Source of the DNA: an uncultured Roseivirgaceae bacterium
GTDB lineage: Bacteria; Bacteroidota; Bacteroidia; Cytophagales; Cyclobacteriaceae
Direction of reading: 5' to 3'
Assembly: GCA_964404445.1 (NCBI GenBank)
Contig: CAYOJW010000009.1
Span: 1-64,000, forward strand
DNA length: 64,000 nucleotides
In this document: in pieces, positions 19,584 to 29,615 of the stretch
How positions within the stretch are numbered: the stretch's first letter is position 1
Layout of the letters: every line of letters begins with the position of its first letter
Program-made: the position numbers and the translations under genes
Notes under the pieces: model-generated
Databases searched by the model: none
The model's input: the letters and a program-made list of their open reading frames with translations, nothing else
Told to the model about the DNA's origin: nothing

Positions 19584-20546
19584 TTACTCCGCCATCACCG
19601 GCCTGTTAGCAATAGCGTGTGCCGTGGCTTCCAAAACCTCAAAAGCACTTTCGGCCATCCGGTTTTCGGTGTCGAGTGTTGGGTTCACTTCTACAATTTC
19701 CCACGTACACACTTTAGGGTCTTTCGCCAATTCTACATTTAACAATTTCGCCTCCTCTACCGTTAAGCCGTTGGGCACGGGCGTTCCTGTACCGGTTGAT
19801 ACGCGGCTGTCAATGCTGTCCACATCAAACGAAACATAAATCAAATCGCAGTGGTCGAGCATGGCCAGCACACGCCTGGCAATTTCGATCGCGCCAAGCT
19901 TCTTCACCTCTTCCGTTTCAATAAAATTGATGTTGTGTTTATTGATCAGGTAGTTCTCGGGCTTTTCCAAATCGCGCACCGATACATATACGATGTCTTC
20001 GGGATATACTTTTGGCCCGGGAATACCCACGTTTTTGAGTTGCTCCCAATACTCCAGCGTTTCGTCACGCGGATCGTTCACTTTGTTTTCGAGGTTATCC
20101 AAACCGGTGGCCATCGCTAACGGCATACCGTGCATATTGCCCGAAGGCGTTGTAAACGGTGTATGGATGTCGGCATGGGCATCGATCCATACCACACCCA
20201 GGCGCGAGCCGGGATTTGCTTTCTTGATACCCGAAATGGTTCCGTAGGCTGTACAATGATCACCGGCAATAACTAACGGGAAGTTATCTTCCCAGATGGT
20301 TTCGTAAACTTCTAAGCAAACACGCTCTTCCATAACCAGCACACCATCAATGAACTTGGCATACGAGTGTCGGGCACCGTCAAACAGCAGTTCGTTCACG
20401 TTCTCAACCTCTACCGAATCGTGCTGGCGGAAAAAATCGGATTTCATATCGAGGCTGGCAATCTTAATCGCCTCTACACCCATACTGGCGCCACGGGTAC
20501 CGGCACCGATTTCAGATTTTACCTCTATAATTTTGATCTCTTTCAC
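19584..20546 (-). CDS. Arginase-family ureohydrolase (agmatinase/formimidoylglutamase-like)
   Basis: Mn-binding motifs VVWIDAHADIHTP and SFDVDSID; GDH... Confidence 0.8.
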   Translation of the reverse strand: MKEIKIIEVKSEIGAGTRGASMGVEAIKIASLDMKSDFFRQHDSVEVENVNELLFDGARHSYAKFIDGVLVMEERVCLEVYETIWEDNFPLVIAGDHCTAYGTISGIKKANPGSRLGVVWIDAHADIHTPFTTPSGNMHGMPLAMATGLDNLENKVNDPRDETLEYWEQLKNVGIPGPKVYPEDIVYVSVRDLEKPENYLINKHNINFIETEEVKKLGAIEIARRVLAMLDHCDLIYVSFDVDSIDSRVSTGTGTPVPNGLTVEEAKLLNVELAKDPKVCTWEIVEVNPTLDTENRMAESAFEVLEATAHAIANRPVMAE

Positions 20547-20819
20547 AGCTATACGCTTAAGATTTATAATTCAATACGAAATGTTATTTTTTGAGTAGAA
20601 TAATGAATGCAATCGTGGCCGGAAGCCTCAGAAATCGGGCAGGCCATGCGCCTCTGCGGGCATGGAAACATAAACCGGGTTGAGATAACGATTGATCATA
20701 GGTTACTAACATTGCAAAGATGGCAAATTTATACCAATATTGCACCTCATTTTTATTGACTAAAACCGCGTTTTCACCGTATTTAGCCGCCCAATTTATT
20801 TAGCAACCACTACCGAAAA

Positions 20820-22211
20820 ATGAAGAGCTACCGGGATCTGATCGAGCAGACGTTTGAGTTTCCGCAAAAGGAATTTAAAGTCCGCGATAACGAGCTATTG
20901 TTTAACGATGTACCCCTGATGGACATTATTAAGCAATACGGTACACCCCTGAAACTTACGTACCTGCCCCGCATCAGCGAAAACATCCGGTCAACCCAGT
21001 CGTTGTTTTACAGCGCCCTCGAAAAATTCAAATACAGCGGGCAATACACCTATTGTTATTGTACCAAGTCATCGCACTTTTCGTTTGTGATGGAAGAAGC
21101 GCTGAAAAATGAAAACGTACACATGGAAACGTCATCGGCATTTGATATACCGATTGTACGCTCGCTGTATGCCAAAGGAAAGCTCACGAAAGACTCATAC
21201 ATTTTATGCAACGGTTTTAAAATGCCGTTATATACCCAATACATCTCTGAATTGCTGAATGACGGCTTTCACAACTGCATACCGATTTTGGATGAGATGG
21301 GTGAGTTTGAAGAGTACGAGAAACACGTAAAAAACCCGTACCGGGTGGGCATTCGTGTTGCAGCCGATGAAGAACCCAAGTTTGAGTTTTACACCTCGCG
21401 CCTCGGCATCCGCTACAGCGACATTATTCCGTTTTACAGGGAAAACATTGAAAAAAGCAAAAACGCATCGTTAAAGATGCTGCACTTCTTTATCAATACG
21501 GGTATTAAAGACACCGCATACTACTGGAGTGAGTTGAGCCGCTTCGTATTCAAGTATTGCGAATTGAAAAAAATATGCCCGTCATTAGATTCCATCGATA
21601 TTGGTGGCGGGTTCCCCATTAAAACTTCGCTTACCTTCCATTACGATTACAAGTACATGATCGAACAGATCGTGGAAAACATTAAATGGATTTGCGATAA
21701 GAACAACGTACAAGTACCCAACATCTTTACCGAGTTTGGAAGTTACACCGTAGGCGAAAGTGGCGCTGTACTGTACCAGATAGTTGACCAAAAACTACAA
21801 AACGATAAAGAGTTGTGGTACATGATTGATGGATCGTTCATTACGCACTTGCCGGATGCCTGGGGGCTGAACCAAAAATACATTCTGTTAGCAGTAAACA
21901 AATGGGACGACCCATACCATAAAGTAAACATGGGCGGCCTCACCTGCGACAGCATGGATTACTACAACTCCGAAGCACACACCGGTGAGGTGTTCCTGCC
22001 GATGATCAACGATGAAGAACAATTATTCATCGGGTTTTTCCATACAGGCGCGTATCAGGAATCATTAGGTGGCTATGGTGGTATTCAGCATTGCCTTGTG
22101 CCCGCGCCCAAGCACGTGCTGATCGAACGTAACGAAGATGGTGAAATCATCACCCGTTTATTTGCCGAACAGCAAAGTGAAGAGTCGATGTTAAAAATAT
22201 TGGGTTACTAA
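20820..22211 (+). CDS. PLP-dependent (fold-type III) decarboxylase, probable arginine decarboxylase
   Basis: QYGTPLKLTYLP N-terminal barrel motif; IGGGFPIK; divergent from the agmatinase-like gene. Confidence 0.65.
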   Translation: MKSYRDLIEQTFEFPQKEFKVRDNELLFNDVPLMDIIKQYGTPLKLTYLPRISENIRSTQSLFYSALEKFKYSGQYTYCYCTKSSHFSFVMEEALKNENVHMETSSAFDIPIVRSLYAKGKLTKDSYILCNGFKMPLYTQYISELLNDGFHNCIPILDEMGEFEEYEKHVKNPYRVGIRVAADEEPKFEFYTSRLGIRYSDIIPFYRENIEKSKNASLKMLHFFINTGIKDTAYYWSELSRFVFKYCELKKICPSLDSIDIGGGFPIKTSLTFHYDYKYMIEQIVENIKWICDKNNVQVPNIFTEFGSYTVGESGAVLYQIVDQKLQNDKELWYMIDGSFITHLPDAWGLNQKYILLAVNKWDDPYHKVNMGGLTCDSMDYYNSEAHTGEVFLPMINDEEQLFIGFFHTGAYQESLGGYGGIQHCLVPAPKHVLIERNEDGEIITRLFAEQQSEESMLKILGY

Positions 22212-22296
22212 TTAGTTCCAGGCATGTAATATACCGGCCTAAAAACACAATTTGTTTACACCCGGTTTTTTTACCTTTACGCATTAACAGCCGGTT

Positions 22297-23040
22297 GTGA
22301 GCAAATCTATCGTCATCATACCCACGTATAACGAAAAAGAAAACATCGAGGCCATCATCCATGCCGTGTTTTCATTGTCCGTGCCTTTTCATGTGTTGAT
22401 TGTTGACGATGGTTCGCCCGATGGCACAGCCGACATTGTAAAAAAATTACAGGAGGTTTACCCCAGCGAACTTCACCTGTTGCAACGATCCGGTAAACAG
22501 GGATTAGGTACAGCCTATATCGCAGGTTTTCGGTATGCGTTAGCCAATCATTACGAATATATTCTGGAAATGGACGCAGATTTTTCGCACGACCCGAAAG
22601 ATTTAATCCATTTACAACAAGCGTGCGAAACCGGCAACGATGTGGCGATTGGTTCGCGCTATGCTACGGGTGTAAACGTTGTGAACTGGCCAATGGGTCG
22701 CGTACTGTTGTCGTACTTTGCAAGCTGGTACGTTCGCCTGATTACCTCAATGCCCATATCCGACACCACGGCAGGCTTTGTATGTTATCACCGGAAGGTT
22801 TTGGAAACCATACCGCTCGATCAGGTTAAGTTTGTTGGCTATGCCTTTCAAATTGAGATGAAGTTTTTAGCCTGGAAATACGGGTTCATGTTAAAAGAAG
22901 TTCCCATTATTTTCACTGAGCGCACACGCGGCCAGTCAAAAATGTCGCCCGGTATTTTTAAAGAGGCATTTTTTGGCGTGTTGCAGATGACTATCCAAAG
23001 CTGGTTTAAAAAGTACATACCGGCTCCATCTTCTCAATAA
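22297..23040 (+). CDS. GT2 glycosyltransferase, polyprenol-phosphate mannose/glucose synthase (Dpm1-like)
   Basis: IIPTYNE, DDGSPDGT, DADFSHDP; GTG start. Confidence 0.8.
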   Translation: MSKSIVIIPTYNEKENIEAIIHAVFSLSVPFHVLIVDDGSPDGTADIVKKLQEVYPSELHLLQRSGKQGLGTAYIAGFRYALANHYEYILEMDADFSHDPKDLIHLQQACETGNDVAIGSRYATGVNVVNWPMGRVLLSYFASWYVRLITSMPISDTTAGFVCYHRKVLETIPLDQVKFVGYAFQIEMKFLAWKYGFMLKEVPIIFTERTRGQSKMSPGIFKEAFFGVLQMTIQSWFKKYIPAPSSQ

Positions 23041-23110
23041 ATTAAATACAGGTATATTTTATTTTTTCAGATTAAAGTGATAATATTCTACACAAGAATT
23101 TATCACTCCC

Positions 23111-25093
23111 ATGCAACGACTTATTTGTTTATTCGCACTTCTCACCCTGCCTGTCGGCACCTTTGCACAAGAGAAAGGATTTGAATTTGGCAAAATAAAA
23201 CACGAAGAACTGCAAATGACCCGATACGAGCGCGACTCATCGGCCGTAGCCGTTGTGTTAAACGAATTCGGGGATGCCTTCATTGAAACAGCCGAATACA
23301 ATCTTGTATTCGAACACCATATCAAGATTAAAATCCTGAAGAAAGACGGGCTGAACAAGGCAAACTTTGTTATTCCGTTATACAAATCTAATAACGGCCG
23401 GTTCGAGAAATTACTAAGCGCCAAAGCCTCTGCATTTAACTACGATAACGGGTTTATTAAGGAAACAAAACTTGATGAACGCGGCATATTAACCGAAAAG
23501 GTTGATGATAACTGGAGCGAAAAGAAAATTATCCTGCCCGATGTGCGCGTGGGTAGTATAATCGAAATCATTTATACCATTCAATCCCCGTTTATTTATA
23601 ATTTCAAAAGGTGGGAGTATCAATCCGACATACCCAAAATACAAAGCGAGTATTGGGCGAAAATACCGGGAAACTATATTTACAATATTGCATTAAGAGG
23701 ATTTTTAAAACTATCAAAAAATGAAAACTCAATCCTGAAAGAGTGTATCAAAGTAGGGTCGGGTTATGCCGGTGGATATTCGGCTGATTGTATTCAGTAT
23801 AAATTTGGTATGAAGAATATCCCTGCCTTTATCGAAGAAGATTATGTAACGTCAAAAGCCAATTTTTTATCGGCCATTAATTTTGAACTTTCTGAAGTAC
23901 GGCACTTCGATGGCCGGGTTAATAAGATCACAAAAGAGTGGAAAGATGCCGATATTGAAATACGGAACCATGAGAACCTGGGACAACAGTTAAAGAAAGG
24001 TAAAGACATCTATCAAAAAATCGAACCGCAATTAGCCGGTATTACCGACCGGTTACAGAAGGCTCAAAAAATTTATCAGGTTTTAAGTGCCTGGTATGTT
24101 TGGGATGAATACAACCGGGTATTCAGCGATGGAATAAAAAAAGCCTTCGATCGAAAAAGCGGCAATAGTGCCGATATTAACCTGGCCCTGATTGCCACAT
24201 TGCGGTATGCCGGTTTTGATGTTGAAACCGTTTTACTTTCAACACGAGCACATGGCATACTGACCGAAATCCATCCCGTGCTGTCGGAGTTCAACTATGT
24301 AATCGCCAAACTGAATATTGGCGACACTTATTATTTATTAGATGCTACCGATCCTTACCTCCCATTTGGTGTGCTGGCCGAGAAAACCCTGAACGGGAAG
24401 GCACGTGTATTCCCCGAGAAAAAGCCCTCGTACTGGATCGATCTAAAGGCTTCCGAAAAATATAAATTAATTACCATCATTAACCTTACCATGCAGCCTT
24501 CCGGGGTTTTCACCGGAACACTTGAGCGTAATCATTACGGTTATCGCGCTATTCAAAAACGAAAAGAGATTCTTTCGTTCAACTCATTAGAAGATTACAC
24601 CCGTAACCTCGAAAAAGAACTAAAAAACACAACCCTCCTCGCCAGTTCGATAAAAGGAACCGAAACTCTGCAAGAAAACATTAACGAGAAATTTGAAATT
24701 GAGATGGAAGTATTCGATGGACTTGATCACGATAACCTGCTCCTGAACCCATTTGCTTTTGCCGGACGAATGAGCAAGAATCCGTTTCGCTCAAGCGAAC
24801 GTTTATATCCCGTTGATTTCGGAAAACCTCAGGAACACACCGTTATTCTAACCATCGCCTATCCCGATAATTTCGAGATCGTTAGCAAGCCCGAACGAAA
24901 CACCTTAGCCCTGCCGGATAACGGAGGCCGGTTTTTGTTTGAGGTTACCGACACCGGGTCAAAAGCGATTATGAACTATATGGTTACGTTAAATAAACCT
25001 GTTTATACTTCTGACGAATACAGTTATCTGAAAGAGTTTTACAACCGTATTATCAGTGTACAGAACACCGATTGGCTTTTCCGGAAAAAATAA
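23111..25093 (+). CDS. Secreted DUF3857/transglutaminase-like domain protein (tentative)
   Basis: Signal peptide; N-terminal pattern resembles DUF3857-family proteins; no catalytic motif confidently seen. Confidence 0.35.
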   Translation: MQRLICLFALLTLPVGTFAQEKGFEFGKIKHEELQMTRYERDSSAVAVVLNEFGDAFIETAEYNLVFEHHIKIKILKKDGLNKANFVIPLYKSNNGRFEKLLSAKASAFNYDNGFIKETKLDERGILTEKVDDNWSEKKIILPDVRVGSIIEIIYTIQSPFIYNFKRWEYQSDIPKIQSEYWAKIPGNYIYNIALRGFLKLSKNENSILKECIKVGSGYAGGYSADCIQYKFGMKNIPAFIEEDYVTSKANFLSAINFELSEVRHFDGRVNKITKEWKDADIEIRNHENLGQQLKKGKDIYQKIEPQLAGITDRLQKAQKIYQVLSAWYVWDEYNRVFSDGIKKAFDRKSGNSADINLALIATLRYAGFDVETVLLSTRAHGILTEIHPVLSEFNYVIAKLNIGDTYYLLDATDPYLPFGVLAEKTLNGKARVFPEKKPSYWIDLKASEKYKLITIINLTMQPSGVFTGTLERNHYGYRAIQKRKEILSFNSLEDYTRNLEKELKNTTLLASSIKGTETLQENINEKFEIEMEVFDGLDHDNLLLNPFAFAGRMSKNPFRSSERLYPVDFGKPQEHTVILTIAYPDNFEIVSKPERNTLALPDNGGRFLFEVTDTGSKAIMNYMVTLNKPVYTSDEYSYLKEFYNRIISVQNTDWLFRKK

Positions 25094-25094
25094 A

Positions 25095-26207
25095 CTAATC
25101 GAACCGAATGGCTTTGATAGGTGCCACACGTGATACAATGGCTGTTGGCAACAGTAACACTAATGTTACTACTGCAAACATTAGTACATTCAGCAGCAAT
25201 ACAACCTCCCAATGCCAGCTAACCGGTACAACGCTCATGTAGTAGTCGGCCGGGTTGAGTTTCATGATTTTAAATCGGTATTGCAGGTAACACAACCCAA
25301 TACCAATGGCATTGCCCAACAAAAGACCTTTAACGATCAGGTTAATGCCACTATATACAAATACCGAACGGATGAGCCTGTTGGGTGCGCCTAACGCTTT
25401 TAACATGCCAACCATTTGTGTACGCTCCATTACCAGAATAAGAATGATCGAGATCATGTTAACACAAATCACTATCAGGATAATGACTAACAAAATATTA
25501 ACCTGGCGACCCAACAGGTTTAGCCAGTCAAACACCTGCACATACTTTTCGCCCATCGATTCAACATCTTTATCGAAATTGCGTTTCATGTCCTCTTCCA
25601 GCAGGTTTTCGAGTTGAAGTTGCGCACGATTTACATCAACACCCGGTTTTAAAAAAACTTCTATGCCTCCTGCCACACTGTCGGCCCAATCGTTCAGGCG
25701 TTGGATCAGCCGGATGTCGCCCACAATTACTTTATCATCGAAATATTCACTCAAATTTGTTTCGTAAATACCGGTGATCTTTAATCTTCTGAACCGGGGC
25801 GGATTCTGAAAAAAATGCACGGTAACCTGATCGCCAACTTTTGCACGCAGTTTATTGGCAATACTCTTACTCAGTACAATTTCATTCGCATACCCCGAAT
25901 CAGGAAAATGAATAAACCGGCCTTCAATCAGGTTGCTTCTAAAGGCAATGGTATCGAATGTTTTGCCTACGCCTTTCAGCACAACCCCTAAAATATCTTC
26001 TTCGCCTTTAATTAAACCCGCCTTGTGCGCGTATTCCTGCATGTGCCGTATGTAAGGCAATTCATTCCGTTTCGTAAACACATCGAAGTTAATATCGAAG
26101 GGGGCTTCTTCTACCGAGTTATCCATGGAAAACTTTGTAATCACCAAGTGCCCATTAAAGCTATAAATCCGGTTTTTAACAGTTTCCTGAAACCCGTTCA
26201 TGATCAA
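25095..26207 (-). CDS. LolC/LolE-FtsX family ABC transporter permease. The coordinates are the track ORF; the true N-terminus probably extends to about 26350
   Basis: MNGF...NG motif after TM1, large periplasmic loop, C-terminal FtsX 3-TM bundle. The upstream in-frame sequence ISKRISRAERDSFSSTIHTIAIASIGLGLGAAIIAF matches the conserved LolC/E N-terminus but lacks a canonical start. Confidence 0.75.
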   Translation of the reverse strand: MIMNGFQETVKNRIYSFNGHLVITKFSMDNSVEEAPFDINFDVFTKRNELPYIRHMQEYAHKAGLIKGEEDILGVVLKGVGKTFDTIAFRSNLIEGRFIHFPDSGYANEIVLSKSIANKLRAKVGDQVTVHFFQNPPRFRRLKITGIYETNLSEYFDDKVIVGDIRLIQRLNDWADSVAGGIEVFLKPGVDVNRAQLQLENLLEEDMKRNFDKDVESMGEKYVQVFDWLNLLGRQVNILLVIILIVICVNMISIILILVMERTQMVGMLKALGAPNRLIRSVFVYSGINLIVKGLLLGNAIGIGLCYLQYRFKIMKLNPADYYMSVVPVSWHWEVVLLLNVLMFAVVTLVLLLPTAIVSRVAPIKAIRFD

Positions 26208-26375
26208 AAAAGCAATGATGGCTGCCCCCAGCCCAAGCCCTATGCTGGCAATAGCAATAGTGTGAATGGTCGATGAAAAACTATCGCGTTCTGCGCGGCT
26301 TATTCTTTTCGATATGAAATACGAAAGGTTCAGAGAATGGCTTAATTTTGGCTTTGCGCGGCAAAATAAAAAGAA

Positions 26376-27545
26376 ATGATCAGGTTATTCGTATTCGGTT
26401 TTGTTTTGTTCGGCCTGGCTACTTGCAAAGCACAGCCCGTACAAGAAAAAAATTCAGCCAAACTACCCGTTACCGGTGCCGACCAGCTTAATGTGTTATT
26501 GCCAGAATTAAAGGGTAAACGAGTTGCCCTTACGGTAAATCACACTTCGCGGGTTGGCAAAACACACCTGGCTGATTCACTCAAAAGCCTGGGAATTAAC
26601 ATCGTAAAAATATTCGGGCCGGAACATGGCTTTCGCGGAAACGCAGCCGATGGCGAACTGGTAAACGATAGTATTGATAGCAAAACCGGCATTCCCCTGA
26701 TTTCCCTTTACGGGAAAAATAAAAAACCAACCGCCAAACAATTAGCCAATGTTGATGTGATGATCTTCGACATCCAGGATGTGGGCACACGTTTCTATAC
26801 CTACATCGGAACCATGCATTACGTGATGGAAGCCTGCGCGGAGTCGAACAAAAAAATGATTATTCTCGATCGCCCCAACCCCAACGATTTTGTAGATGGC
26901 CCCGTAAATGACAAACCGCTAAAATCTTTTGTAGCGATGCATACCATACCCATCGCACATGGTCTAACGGTTGGTGAGCTTGCACAAATGATTAACGGAG
27001 AAGGTTGGCTGCCGAATAAAATAAAATGCGATATTGAAATTATTAAACTCAAAAACTGGAGACATAGCGAGCCATACCAGTTGCCCATTCGCCCCTCCCC
27101 CAACTTACCGAACAATCAGGCTATTCTATTATATCCATCGCTATGTTTGTTTGAAGGAACCAACATTAGCTTAGGACGCGGTACGCCTTATCCGTTTCAG
27201 GTGTTGGGTGCGCCCGAATTGAAAGAACTTTCGTTCACGTTTACACCCGTTACCATTAAAGGCGTAGCCGTTAAACCTCCGCACGAAAACAAATTATGTT
27301 ATGGCATTGATTTGCGTAACGATGTACCCGCCCGTAAAATCGATTTGTCATACCTATTGAAGATGTATTCGCTTTATCCCGATAAGGAAAAGTTTTTTAC
27401 ATCGTACTTCGATTTACTGGCCGGAACACCCAAACTCAAACAACAGGTTAAAGACGGGCTTACCGAAGAACAGATACGGGCAAGTTGGAAGTCTGATTTA
27501 GATGCTTATAAAATTATACGAGCTAAATATTTATTGTATCCTTAA
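26376..27545 (+). CDS. DUF1343 family protein (NamZ-like exo-beta-N-acetylmuramidase family)
   Basis: Signal peptide; VALTVNHTSRVG...HLAD...FGPEHGFRG and DIQDVGTRFYTYI blocks typical of DUF1343. Confidence 0.7.
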   Translation: MIRLFVFGFVLFGLATCKAQPVQEKNSAKLPVTGADQLNVLLPELKGKRVALTVNHTSRVGKTHLADSLKSLGINIVKIFGPEHGFRGNAADGELVNDSIDSKTGIPLISLYGKNKKPTAKQLANVDVMIFDIQDVGTRFYTYIGTMHYVMEACAESNKKMIILDRPNPNDFVDGPVNDKPLKSFVAMHTIPIAHGLTVGELAQMINGEGWLPNKIKCDIEIIKLKNWRHSEPYQLPIRPSPNLPNNQAILLYPSLCLFEGTNISLGRGTPYPFQVLGAPELKELSFTFTPVTIKGVAVKPPHENKLCYGIDLRNDVPARKIDLSYLLKMYSLYPDKEKFFTSYFDLLAGTPKLKQQVKDGLTEEQIRASWKSDLDAYKIIRAKYLLYP

Positions 27546-27572
27546 AATAAAGTTCGCAGTAGGCAAGTTGCA

Positions 27573-27618
27573 GTAGGCAACAGCCTCCAACCTACTTACT
27601 GCCTGTTGCCTACTTTTT
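27573..27618 (+). terminator. Rho-independent terminator (11-bp stem GTAGGCAACAG/CTGTTGCCTAC followed by TTTTT)
   Basis: Perfect inverted repeat plus a T-tract 27 bp after the DUF1343 stop; GCAGTAGGCAA is directly duplicated. Confidence 0.7.
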
Positions 27619-27622
27619 AACC

Positions 27623-28258
27623 ATGACTAAATCCGAAAAAGTTACTGACATTTTAAAAACACTGGATAAGCTCTATCCGAATCCCCCCGTTCCATTAGAT
27701 CATAAAGATGCCTACACATTACTGATTGCCGTATTACTTTCGGCACAATGTACCGATGTGCGTGTAAATAAAACCACACCTTCACTTTTTAAGTTAGCCG
27801 ATAATCCATTTGATATGGTTAAACTTTCGGTGGAAGAAATCCGCGAGATCATTAAGCCCTGCGGATTATCGCCTATGAAATCGAAAGGTATTTATGGTTT
27901 ATCAAAAATATTGGTAGAGAAATACAGCGGTGAAGTGCCTAATACTTTTGAGGCATTGGAAGAGCTTCCGGCTGTGGGGCACAAAACCGCATCGGTGGTG
28001 ATGACACAGTGGTTTGGCATTCCGGCCTTTCCTGTGGATACACACATTCATCGTTTAGCTTACCGTTGGGGATTGAGCTCCGGAAAAAATGTAGAACAAA
28101 CTGAACGCGATTTAAAAAGATTGATCCCCGAGAAAAAATGGAATAAGGCACATCTTCAGATTATTTACTTCGGAAGGGAATATTGCACTGCCCGTGGCCA
28201 CGACTGGAAAACATGCCCGATCTGTAAGAAGTATATGCGAAGAGAGCTACGCAATTAG
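27623..28258 (+). CDS. nth: Endonuclease III
   Basis: HhH-GPD (LPAVGHKTASVV) and C-terminal 4Fe-4S cluster Cys ligands (C-x6-C-x2-C-x5-C-like). Confidence 0.9.
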   Translation: MTKSEKVTDILKTLDKLYPNPPVPLDHKDAYTLLIAVLLSAQCTDVRVNKTTPSLFKLADNPFDMVKLSVEEIREIIKPCGLSPMKSKGIYGLSKILVEKYSGEVPNTFEALEELPAVGHKTASVVMTQWFGIPAFPVDTHIHRLAYRWGLSSGKNVEQTERDLKRLIPEKKWNKAHLQIIYFGREYCTARGHDWKTCPICKKYMRRELRN

Positions 28259-28282
28259 CCCCCAATCCTGAAAATATCTTGA

Positions 28283-28337
28283 AAAACGAACCCCGCAAAT
28301 TGAAAGTCAGACTTTCAATTTGCGGGGTTCATATTTT
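28283..28337. repeat. 55-bp repeat, copy 1 (AAAACGAACCCCGCAAATTGAAAGTCAGACTTTCAATTTGCGGGGTTCATATTTT) containing a 19-bp-stem hairpin
   Basis: Identical to 29503..29557; internal inverted repeat AACCCCGCAAATTGAAAGT / ACTTTCAATTTGCGGGGTT. Confidence 0.9.
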
Positions 28338-28352
28338 TCGTATTTTTGCGCT

Positions 28353-29504
28353 ATGCTGCCGCGATACAAAGAAAAAGAAATACGAAAATACCTGCGCAAT
28401 TTTCCTGCGGTGGCCATCACCGGGGCACGTCAATGCGGCAAATCCACATTAGCCAAAACTATCATAGGCAGTGTAAAGGGTTCGGTTTATATTGATCTGG
28501 AAGATCCGGAAGACCGCGCTAAGGTAAATGACCTGCCGTTGTTTCTTTCGCACTATGCCGGTAAGTTAGTTTGCTTTGATGAAGTACAGTTTATGCCCGA
28601 GTTGTTTCGCGTACTCAGGAGCGCCATTGACAAAGTGAAAAAAAACGGACAGTTTTTACTGCTTGGTTCGGCTTCGCCCGAGTTGCTCAGGCAATCATCT
28701 GAAACGCTGGCGGGGCGCATTGTCTATACCGAGCTTGCACCCTTCTCATTGCCCGAAATTGATGATGACGCCAAAGGCGGGATAAAACGCTTGTGGTTGC
28801 GAGGCGGGTTTCCGGGTAGCTACTTAGCCAAACAAGAAACCTTGAGCATGGTGTGGCGTAAAAACTTTGTGCGCACATTTCTGGAAAGAGATTTGTCGGC
28901 TTTCGGGTTGGGCGTATCGCCCGATACCATGCGCAGGTTTTGGATGATGTGCGCTCATCTGCACGGGCAATCTTTAAATATGTCGGGGCTGGGCAGCTCA
29001 CTTGGCGTTACGCATTCTACTGTAAAAACATACGTGGAGATTATGAACAACACGTATATGATACGCAAGCTGGAGCCATATTTTGCCAACATAGATAAGC
29101 GGCTGAAACGAAGTCCGAAAATTTATCTTTCAGACAGCGGACTACTCCATGCTCTGCTAAATATTTCTTCGATGAACGAACTGCTATCGCACCCGGTAGC
29201 CGGGTTTTCGTGGGAAGGGTTTGTATTGAGTCAACTCACCACCGCATTGGCAGGCTGTGAATTTTTCTATGCCTCTACTGCCGACCAAGCCGAGATAGAT
29301 TTTATAATCCGCAAAGGCAGGAAAGTTATCGCCATCGAATGCAAGCTTTCTAAAGCTCCGGTAGTGGCGCGTGGGTTTTATTATCTGCTAAACGACCTGA
29401 AGATAAAAGAAGCCTATGTAGTATGCCCGATAGAAAAATCGTTTGCACTAAGTAAAGGCGTACTGGCCATCGGGATTGCCGAACTGGTAGAAAAACTACA
29501 ATAA
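28353..29504 (+). CDS. AAA-family ATPase (DUF4143/AAA_14-type)
   Basis: Walker A GARQCGKST, Walker B LVCFDEVQ, C-terminal DUF4143-like region. The track start 28320 lies inside the hairpin repeat; the ATG at 28353 is preferred. Confidence 0.75.
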   Translation: MLPRYKEKEIRKYLRNFPAVAITGARQCGKSTLAKTIIGSVKGSVYIDLEDPEDRAKVNDLPLFLSHYAGKLVCFDEVQFMPELFRVLRSAIDKVKKNGQFLLLGSASPELLRQSSETLAGRIVYTELAPFSLPEIDDDAKGGIKRLWLRGGFPGSYLAKQETLSMVWRKNFVRTFLERDLSAFGLGVSPDTMRRFWMMCAHLHGQSLNMSGLGSSLGVTHSTVKTYVEIMNNTYMIRKLEPYFANIDKRLKRSPKIYLSDSGLLHALLNISSMNELLSHPVAGFSWEGFVLSQLTTALAGCEFFYASTADQAEIDFIIRKGRKVIAIECKLSKAPVVARGFYYLLNDLKIKEAYVVCPIEKSFALSKGVLAIGIAELVEKLQ

Positions 29505-29557
29505 AACGAACCCCGCAAATTGAAAGTCAGACTTTCAATTTGCGGGGTTCATATTTT
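29503..29557. repeat. 55-bp repeat, copy 2 (same hairpin)
   Basis: Perfect direct repeat of 28283..28337, immediately after the ATPase stop. Confidence 0.9.
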
Positions 29558-29615
29558 GAACAAAAAGAGTGAAAACAAGGGTTTATCACACATCATCAGG
29601 ATATAAAAAATATTC

